Shown here one piece after another: positions 1 through 5,952 of a stretch of 5,952 nucleotides of DNA. The translations under genes were made by a program, and so were the position numbers. The notes beneath the pieces were generated by a model, which searched no databases, was not told the origin of the DNA, and saw only the letters and a program-made list of their open reading frames with translations. Each line of letters begins with the position of its first letter. Positions within the stretch are counted from its first letter, which is position 1. Source of the DNA: Octopus sinensis (taxonomy: Eukaryota); assembly GCF_006345805.1 (NCBI RefSeq), contig NW_021829769.1, positions 1 to 5,952 on the forward strand, read 5' to 3'.

Positions 1-469
1 CCACCACCACTATCATCACCCCAATCCATCACCACCCATACCACCACCACCACACCACTACCACCAACCACCACCACCACATCACCACCACCACCACCAC
101 CACCACACCATCACCACCACCACCACCACCACACCCACCACCACCACCACACACACCACACCCACCACCACCACCACCACCATCACCACCACTACCACCA
201 CCGCTACCACCACCACCACTATCATCACCACCACTACCATCACCACCACTACCACCACCACCACTACCACTACCACCACCACAACCACCAGAACCACCAC
301 CACCACTACCACTACCACCACCACTACCACCACCACCACCACTACCACCACTACCACTACCACCACCACCATCACCACTACCACTACCACAACAGCAACA
401 ACAATCTCCATTACCACCACCACCACCAGAACCACCACCACCACCACCACCACCACCACCATCACCGCT
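1..469. repeat. Degenerate (CCA)n/(ACC)n trinucleotide microsatellite with CTA/TCA/ACA variant units; runs off the left window edge
   Basis: Direct reading: ccaccaccactatcatcacc... continues to ~469. It explains the poly-Val ORF 82..477(-). Confidence 0.97.
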
Positions 470-485
470 ACATACAAATAAACAG

Positions 486-560
486 CCCCCCCACCTCTCC
501 TTTTGTTTTCCTTACTCCACTTCCTCCTCCCCCTCTTCCTCTTCCTCCCTCTCTTCCACT
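486..560. repeat. Pyrimidine-rich (CT/CCT) low-complexity tract
   Basis: ccccccacctctcc...cttcctcctccccctcttcctcttcctccctctcttcc, mostly C/T on the + strand. Confidence 0.8.
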
Positions 561-937
561 CAAACTTTCCGTCACATATCCTAACCTCTCAACTATTTTA
601 TTACCTCACACCACTACTAACACTCGACACCTCACACTCTCATTCAGTTTCTCAACTGCTGCTGATGTAAGCTTTTTTTACACGCTTCAGAATCGACCAA
701 TGAAAATCGCTGTTCAGCGCGTATAATCTGCTCACACTATATGGCGTGATCTTTTTGGCTGTTTTTACTATAATCGCGAGACATTTATTTTAACGACACA
801 CCTACCTCTGTCTATTACACATTTTTGTGTAGTTAACTCTTTTAAACACCGGTTGGTGTTGTTTATTAGCGATGGGACCAGCGAACAAAGGCAGTTTAAT
901 ACTTATGACTATCAGAGCTTTGTTAAAAGAGACACAG

Positions 938-1286
938 CGGCAATCTTTCGTCTCTGGTAGACCTTTCCGTCGATTTCCGTAAAAATTTTTTTTTTTTTTT
1001 TACATATGGGCTTGCGGGAACTTTTGAAGTAATGAGAGCGAAAGAGACTAAGAGAAAGCGATTGTATGACGAGGGAAGTTCTTTTGAAGTTACCGTGCAT
1101 GGGAGCATTGATGGACTTTTGGGTGTGTGTGTGTTTGATGGGGTGTGGGAGACAGACAGTATGTTGTGTAAGTGAAGCGCTTCTGTTAGTGTGTGTGAAG
1201 AGACAGAGTAATGTATGAAAGAGAGAGATAACTGAAATTTTTTACGGAAATCGACGGAAAGGTCTACTAGAGACGAAAGATCGCCG
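938..1286. mobile_element. Putative non-autonomous TIR element (MITE-like), 349 bp, superfamily unassigned
   Basis: 938-985 CGGCAATCTTTCGTCTCTGGTAGACCTTTCCGTCGATTTCCGTAAAAA is the reverse complement of 1239-1286 with 2 mismatches in 48 bp. No coding capacity and no clear TSD. Confidence 0.65.
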
Positions 1287-1352
1287 AGACAGCTTATTAC
1301 GGTACGTTTAGAGAGCCCCAGGAAGGGACCTGTGGAATATATAAAAGATCCT

Positions 1353-2013
1353 GGATCTTTTCGGTTTGAACGGCAGTTTTTAACATAATTTCTAGGTAAC
1401 TAAAAAATTTTAAACTTCGTATACTGGTAGAATGTGTTAATAAAACATCTTTTTCTCTTGGCTTTATTGAGAAAATTCTATAGTTTGTAAGATATTTGTT
1501 GTTGTTTTTTCTTCAATTTCTGCAATTTCAACCACTCACTGACGTCTATTGAGGTAAAAAACATTCTGTGTCGTATGAATATGTCCCTCGTTTAAGAAAC
1601 AGATTGGGTTTATTTACATTTGTGAAGAAAAAAAGATACCCTTCCCCCCACCCCTAACCCTAACCCTAACTAATCCTAAATCTAAAATAGATTGAAATGC
1701 AATAGATCGATTCTAGGGTCATAATTATGGGTGACAATTTCATATGACACCGCTAGAAAAACTGCCGTTTCTTAAACGAGGGACATTTTCATACGGCACA
1801 GAATGTTTTCACCTCAATAGACGGTCATTGATTGGTTGAAATTGCTGAAATGCAAGAAATTAAAGACCAAATATCTTACAAACTACAGAATTTTCTCAAT
1901 AAAGCCATGAGAAAAAGATGTTTTATAAACACATTCTACCAGTATACGAAGTTTAGAATTTTTTAGTTACCTAGAAATTATATTAAAAACTGCCGTTCAA
2001 ACCGAAAAGATCC
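1353..2013. mobile_element. Fold-back/MITE-like DNA element, 661 bp, with ~248-bp inverted arms (1353-1600 and 1767-2013), GGATC...GATCC termini and a 166-bp spacer
   Basis: Manual alignment of the left arm to the reverse complement of the right arm: 5 mismatches in the first ~145 bp, roughly 20 differences overall (~92%). No ORF and no identical TSD seen. Confidence 0.85.
1652..1669 (-). repeat. Interstitial telomeric repeat (TTAGGG)3 on the minus strand, with degenerate units continuing to ~1686
   Basis: CCCTAA at 1652, 1658 and 1664, followed by CTAATCCTAAATCTAA. Confidence 0.9.
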
Positions 2014-2025
2014 CAGATGCTTCCT

Positions 2026-2154
2026 TAATCCTCTCTACAAAAGGCACAAGGTCTGTAATTTTGGGGGAGTGGGATAGTCAATTACATCGACCCCCACTGC
2101 TCCATCATCGAAAGGATAAAAAGCTAAGCTGACCTCGGCGGAATTTGAACTCAG
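2026..2154 (-). mobile_element. SINE-1 family fragment (5'-truncated, internal deletion, tail type I)
   Basis: Shares GACCTCGGCGGAATTTGAACTCA (minus-strand B-box GAGTTCAAATTCC) and ATCGACCCC with 5560-5640. Its tail (AGGCACAAGG...ATTTTGGGGGAG) matches 2182-2220. Confidence 0.75.
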
Positions 2155-2167
2155 TATAATGAAACTA

Positions 2168-2340
2168 AAATAATAATTCTTCTACGAGAAGCACAAAACC
2201 TCAAATTTTGGGGAAGGGATTTAGTCGATTCGATCGACCCCAGTGCATAACTGGTACTTATTTAAACGACCCCAAAAGGATGAAAAGCAAAGTCGACCTC
2301 AGCGGAATTTGAACACAGAATGTAGCGGCAGACGAAATAC
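2168..2340 (-). mobile_element. SINE-1 family copy, 5'-truncated, tail type I ending in (ATT)n on the minus strand
   Basis: Core homologous to 5541-5657. The tail resembles 2026-2075 and abuts AATAATAATT at 2169-2178. Confidence 0.85.
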
Positions 2341-2341
2341 A

Positions 2342-2510
2342 TATTTCTTTACTACCCACAGAGGGGACAAACAAGGACAGACAAACAGATTAAGTCGATT
2401 ATATCGACCCCAGTGCGTAACTGGTACTTATTAAAACGACCCCAAAAGGATGAAAAGCAAAGTCGACCTCAGCGGAATTTGAACACAGAATGTAGCGGCA
2501 GACGAAATAC
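2342..2510 (-). mobile_element. SINE-1 family copy, 5'-truncated, tail type II
   Basis: TATTTCTTTACTACCCACA...GGACAAACAAGGACAGACAAAC...GTCGATTATATCGACCCCAG...GACGAAATAC, colinear with 5476-5657. Confidence 0.88.
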
Positions 2511-2511
2511 A

Positions 2512-2688
2512 TATTTCTTTACTACCCACAAGGGGCTTAAACACAGAGGGGGCAAACAAGGACAGACAAACGGATTAAGTCGATTATATTGACCCCAGTG
2601 CATAACTGGTACTTATTTAATCGACCCCGAAAGGATGAAAGGCAAAGTCGACCTCGGCGGAATTTGAATTCAGAACGTAACGACAGAC
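2512..2688 (-). mobile_element. SINE-1 family copy, 5'-truncated, tail type II
   Basis: Colinear with 5476-5650; homology breaks after CGACAGAC at ~2688. Confidence 0.88.
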
Positions 2689-2689
2689 C

Positions 2690-2888
2690 ACCGCTCCACA
2701 ACCAATGTTGGTGTGTTTACGTCCCGCAACTTGGCGATTCGGTAAAAAGAAACCAAGCTTAACGAAAAATAAGTACTGGCGTCGATTCATTCGACAAAAA
2801 CATTCTTCAAAGCGGTGATCCAGCATGGCCGCAGTCTAATGACTGGAGTCAAGAAGATGGTTAAAAATGGGTGCAACGGACAATATCT
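2690..2888 (+). repeat. Direct repeat copy A (199 bp): 3' part of a SINE-3-like element (~2690-2856) plus ~35 bp of adjacent non-SINE sequence
   Basis: Matches 3357-3570. GGTGTGTTTAC...CGG.AAAAAGA...AATAAGTAC...GCGGTG.TCCAGCATGGCCGCAGTC.AATGACTG matches the reverse complement of 4745-4900. Confidence 0.9.
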
Positions 2889-3005
2889 TAACGTGGCGTT
2901 AAAAACGTGCATTAAACAGAATAAATTCCACGTTTTCCTTGCTGATCAAGCTGACTTTTGTGTGAATGTTCTGGGTGATTAGCCACAGATTAGTCCTGAT
3001 CAATT

Positions 3006-3358
3006 GGAGGCGCAATGGCCCAGTGGTTAGGGCAGCGGACTCGCGGTCATAGGATCGCGGTTTCGATTCCCAGACCGGGCGTTGTGAGTGTTTATTCAGC
3101 GAAAACACCTAAAAGCTCCACGAGGCTCCGGCAGGGGATGGTGGTGATCCCTGCTGTACTCTTTCACCACAACTTTCTCTCACTCTTACTTCCTGTTTCT
3201 GTTGTACCCGTATTTCAAAAGGGCGCCGGCCTTGTCACTCTCTGCGTCACGCTGAATATCCCCCGAGAACTAACGTTAAGGGTGCACGTGTCTGTGGAGT
3301 GCTCAGCCACTCACGCGTTAATTTCACGAGCAGGCAGCTGTTCGTTGATCGGATCAAC
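3006..3358 (+). mobile_element. SINE-2: tRNA-derived SINE with Pol III A and B boxes; head possibly tRNA-Arg-like
   Basis: A-box TGGCCCAGTGG at 3016-3026 and B-box-like GTTTCGATTCC at 3060-3070. A TCG triplet sits at the anticodon-equivalent position, but no proper cloverleaf forms. A ~280-bp non-tRNA body follows. tRNA-derived octopus SINEs named OK/OR1/OR2 exist, but I cannot assign the family name from memory. Confidence 0.8.
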
Positions 3359-3570
3359 CGCTCCACAACCATGTTGTGGTGTGTTTACGCCCGCAACTTG
3401 GCGAATTCGGTAAAAAGAACCAACCGATTCATCTTAACGAAAAATAAGTAATGGCGTCGATTCATTCATTCGACAAAAAACATTCTTCAAAGCGGTGCGA
3501 TCCAGCATGGCCGCAGTCTAATGACTGGAGTCAAGAAGATGGTTAAAAATGGGTGCAACGGACAATATCT
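3357..3570 (+). repeat. Direct repeat copy B (214 bp) of 2690-2888
   Basis: Same start (ACCGCTCCACAACCA) and end (GGACAATATCT) as copy A. The last ~70 bp are identical, and the other differences are mostly small indels. Confidence 0.9.
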
Positions 3571-3818
3571 GCTTCCACCTGTCCTGATCGAGCAGAACCA
3601 TGAACAAAAGTGCTTTGGTTATACTCAGAGCGCCAAACAATTTTGTATTAAGGGTTTTCTACTAGATGCGATATTCTGTGATTTAAGAGATATTATGGTT
3701 GATATGCATCTACCAGACCTTTGCAGAATAACAATGATTTATCGTGGGGGGTTAGAGAAATTTCCATAAGGTTGCTGTCATTTCCTTTTGTCTTTTTTTT
3801 TTCCATATGTGCGCACGT

Positions 3819-3870
3819 ACACACACACACACACACACCACACACACATACACGCGAGCACGCACACACA
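3819..3870. repeat. (AC)n microsatellite: 10 perfect units, then degenerate
   Basis: Direct reading. Confidence 0.95.
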
Positions 3871-3880
3871 GAGGGATGGC

Positions 3881-3882
<2 letters not shown>

Positions 3883-3916
<34 letters not shown>
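3883..3916. repeat. Perfect (GA)17 microsatellite
   Basis: Direct reading. Confidence 0.97.
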
Positions 3917-3920
<4 letters not shown>

Positions 3921-4018
3921 AAAACTGACATTTCGAGAATGTCCATAATACTTTTTTATCTCTTCGGAATGTTGGTAGTATGAAGCCAAGAATATGGCGA
4001 CTGTAATGGGAGTAGTTT

Positions 4019-4019
4019 A

Positions 4020-4063
<44 letters not shown>

Positions 4064-4312
4064 TGTGTGTGTGTGTTGTGTGTGTGTGTATGCGTGTGTG
4101 TTTGTGTGTGCGTGTGTGTGTATGTGTGTATGTGTGTATGTGTGTATGTATGCATGCCTGTATGTATGCATGTATGTATGTATGTATGTATGTATGTATG
4201 TATGTATATATGTATATATGTATGTATGTATGTATATGTATGTATGTGTGTATGTATGTATGTATATATGTATGTGTGTGTGTATATATATGTATATATA
4301 TATGTATATATG

Positions 4313-4358
<46 letters not shown>

Positions 4359-4382
4359 TGTATGTATGTATGCGCGTGTTTG

Positions 4383-4420
<38 letters not shown>
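4019..4420. repeat. Compound microsatellite (TA)n-(TG)n-(TATG)n-(TA)n-(TATG)n-(TA)n
   Basis: Direct reading. It explains the overlapping YI/VC/MY-rich ORFs in several frames on both strands. Confidence 0.97.
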
Positions 4421-4423
<3 letters not shown>

Positions 4424-4560
4424 GGGCGAATACAGGAACATGTATGCGGGCCCCTTGAATTGTTAGAAATAGTAATAGTAAGCAAATCTCTTTGGAATCA
4501 CCCCTACCTACTTACCGCCATAAAAGGGCAAACGCACATTTGATTTCTGAAAAAAATACC

Positions 4561-4646
4561 AGATGGTCATGCTTGGAATGTTTTCGATTATAAGTCTTTC
4601 GAATCAGATATCGACCCGAGGCTAAGTAACAACAACAACAGCAACA
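4561..4646 (+). repeat. Possible 3' end of a short interspersed repeat terminating in (AAC)n
   Basis: GATGGTCATGCTTGGAATG...GGCTAAGT followed by AACAACAACAACAGCAAC. It resembles a repeat I recall from octopus and shows weak antisense similarity to 2979-3001 joined to 3590-3610. Confidence 0.35.
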
Positions 4647-4714
4647 AAAATGACAGCACAACAACTTATCCGAATGCGTGCCATTGAAGGCGGCCTCTAC
4701 ATGATATCATGACA

Positions 4715-5135
4715 TACTCTTTTCTCTCTTTTACTCTTTTACTTGTTTCAGTCATTTGACTGCGGCCATGCTGGAGCACCGCCTTTAGTCGAGCAACTCG
4801 ACCCCGGGACTTATTCTTTGTAAGCCCAGTACTTATTCTATCGGTCTCTTTTTGCCGAACCGCTAAGTAACAGGGACATAAACACACCAGCATTGGTTGT
4901 CAAGCAATGCTAGGGGGACAAACACAGACACATAAACACACACACACATATATATATATATACATATATACGACGGGCTTCTTTTCAGTTTCCTTCTACC
5001 AAATCCACTCACAAGGCTTTGGTCGGCCCGAGGCTATAGTAGAAGACACTTGCCCAAGGTGCCGCGCAGTGGGACTGAACCCGGAACCATGTGGTTGGTA
5101 AACAAGCTACTTACCACACAGCCACTCCTGCGCCT
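4715..5135 (-). mobile_element. SINE-3: apparently full-length tRNA-derived SINE (~420 bp) with an internal microsatellite and an (AAAAGAGT)n-like 3' tail
   Basis: Minus-strand A-box TGGCTGTGTGG (5124-5114) and B-box GGTTCAGTCCC (5081-5071), followed by CCTTGGGCAAGT, a motif I recall at the start of conserved central domains in several SINE superfamilies. Internal (CA)n(TA)n at 4921-4970; tail repeats TACTCTTTT at 4715-4742. Confidence 0.88.
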
Positions 5136-5175
5136 ACCAGCCACTCCAGCCACAGTACCAGCCACTCCAGCCACA
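5135..5175. repeat. Two-copy tandem repeat, period 21 (TACCAGCCACTCCAGCCACA)
   Basis: 5135-5154 is identical to 5156-5175. Confidence 0.9.
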
Positions 5176-5336
5176 TGCTGGAAATAGCAACTACATCTCT
5201 GCCAAATCATTCATATAATGATTTATTTTTGTTTGTTTCCGAACAGTAGAACTCGAATCACATGATTCTATAATAATAGCAGCACGTCTTTAAAAAACTG
5301 AGGGAGTTAAAGTATTTTTGTATGCTCGCTATGACT

Positions 5337-5820
5337 AAGGCAGCGAGCTAGCTGAAATGTTAGCACACCGGGCGAAATGCTTAGCGGTATTTCGTCTGTC
5401 GTTACGTTCTGAGTTCAAATTCCGCCGAGGTCGACTTTGCCCTTCATCCTTTCTGGGTCGATTAAATAAGTACCCATTTCTTTATTACCCACAAGGGGCT
5501 AAACATAGAAGGGACAAACAAGGACAGACATAGGTATTAAGTCGATTACATCGACCCCAGTGCGTAACTGGTACTTAATTTATCGACCCCGAAAGGATGA
5601 AAGGTAAAGTCGACCTCGGCGGAATTTGAACTCACAACGTAACGGCAGACGAAATACCGCTAAGCATTTCGCCCGACGTGCTAACGTTTCTGCCAGCTCG
5701 CCGATTAAATAAGTACCAGTTACGCACTGGTGGTCGATGTAATCAACTTAATCCGTTTGTCTGTCCTTGTTTGTCCCCTCTGTGTTTAGCCCCTTGTGGG
5801 TAGTAAAGAAATAGAAATAG
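5337..5820 (+). mobile_element. SINE-1 host copy, full length but split in two (5337-5474 and 5704-5820) by a nested insertion
   Basis: Head AAGGCAGCGAGCTAG..., B-box-like GAGTTCAAATTCC at 5411-5423. The body resumes at 5718 and ends AAAGAAATAGAAATAG. Confidence 0.9.
5475..5703 (-). mobile_element. SINE-1 near-full-length copy inserted antisense within the host copy, flanked by a 14-16 bp TSD
   Basis: CGATTAAATAAGTACC occurs at both 5459-5474 and 5702-5717. The minus strand reads CGGCGAGCTGGCAGAAACG... through ...GTAATAAAGAAAT. Confidence 0.92.
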
Positions 5821-5952
5821 GTTTTCGTCTGTCGTTACGTTCTGAGTTCAAATTCCGCCGAGGTCGACTTTGCCTTTCACCCTTTCGGGGTCGACAAATT
5901 AAGAACCAGTTACGCACTGCGGTCGAATGAATCGACTTAATCCGTTTATCTG
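5821..5952 (+). mobile_element. SINE-1 copy, 5'-truncated, head-to-tail with the host copy; runs off the right window edge
   Basis: TTTCGTCTGTCGTTACGTTCTGAGTTCAAATTCCGCCGAGGTCGACTTTGCC (5823-5874) is identical to 5391-5441. Confidence 0.9.

Noticed and set aside
82-477. 131-aa poly-Val ORF (minus strand)
   Set aside because: Translation of (GGT)n; a low-complexity artefact with no splice or codon evidence.
695-703. GACCAATGA CCAAT-box match
   Set aside because: An isolated short motif with no associated gene start or CpG island; not supportable as a promoter.
816-860. Two 6-bp hairpins (TACACA-N4-TGTGTA and AACACC-N4-GGTGTT), possible Helitron end or terminator
   Set aside because: Short stems arise by chance, and there is no GC-rich stem followed by CTRR at the expected spacing.
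1652-1686. True telomere or chromosome end
   Set aside because: Only three perfect units, embedded within an element and with ordinary sequence on both sides.
2224-2690. CRISPR-like or integron attC-like array of palindromic repeats
   Set aside because: The intervening sequences are homologous to each other rather than unique spacers, and the units match SINE bodies elsewhere in the window. The context is eukaryotic with no cas or integrase gene.
3008-3080. Possible tRNA-Arg gene
   Set aside because: A and B boxes are present, but the acceptor and anticodon stems do not pair properly and the sequence runs into a SINE body. It is a tRNA-derived head.
3015-3413. 132-aa ORF and other 60-80 aa ORFs at 912-1108, 2243-2434, 2617-2826, 2899-3108, 3521-3769, 4666-5101
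   Set aside because: They lie within or across SINE/MITE fragments, show no recognisable domain (no transposase or RT motifs), and have lengths expected by chance.
2690-3570. TRIM/LTR-like structure (200-bp direct repeats around a tRNA-like interior)
   Set aside because: No TG...CA termini, PBS, polypurine tract or flanking 4-6 bp TSD. The repeats are SINE tail plus flank.
3693-4543. Overlapping ORFs of 64-235 aa rich in YI/HT/VC/SL/RE
   Set aside because: Open in multiple frames on both strands only because AC/GA/TG/TATG-rich repeats contain few stops in those frames.

Overview
Non-coding, repeat-saturated eukaryotic DNA. The repeat families resemble those I associate with octopus (coleoid cephalopod) genomes; this is pattern recall, not a database match. 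No credible protein-coding gene, rRNA or functional tRNA is visible, and all supplied ORFs are microsatellite translations or chance frames in repeats. The window holds a long (CCA)n tract and two adjacent inverted-repeat elements: one with ~48-bp TIRs, and a 661-bp fold-back with ~248-bp arms around a (CCCTAA)3 telomeric/G4 core. It also holds about ten pieces of three tRNA-derived SINE families (my labels: SINE-1, -2, -3), a ~200-bp duplicated module and several compound microsatellites. The most interesting signals are structural: how the fold-back arms seem to have arisen, a SINE nested antisense in its own family with a perfect TSD, a recurrent tail-to-body SINE junction, a stem-loop shared by two SINE families with a compensatory pair, and a probable locally templated insertion. 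I do not see evidence for a new gene-based system.
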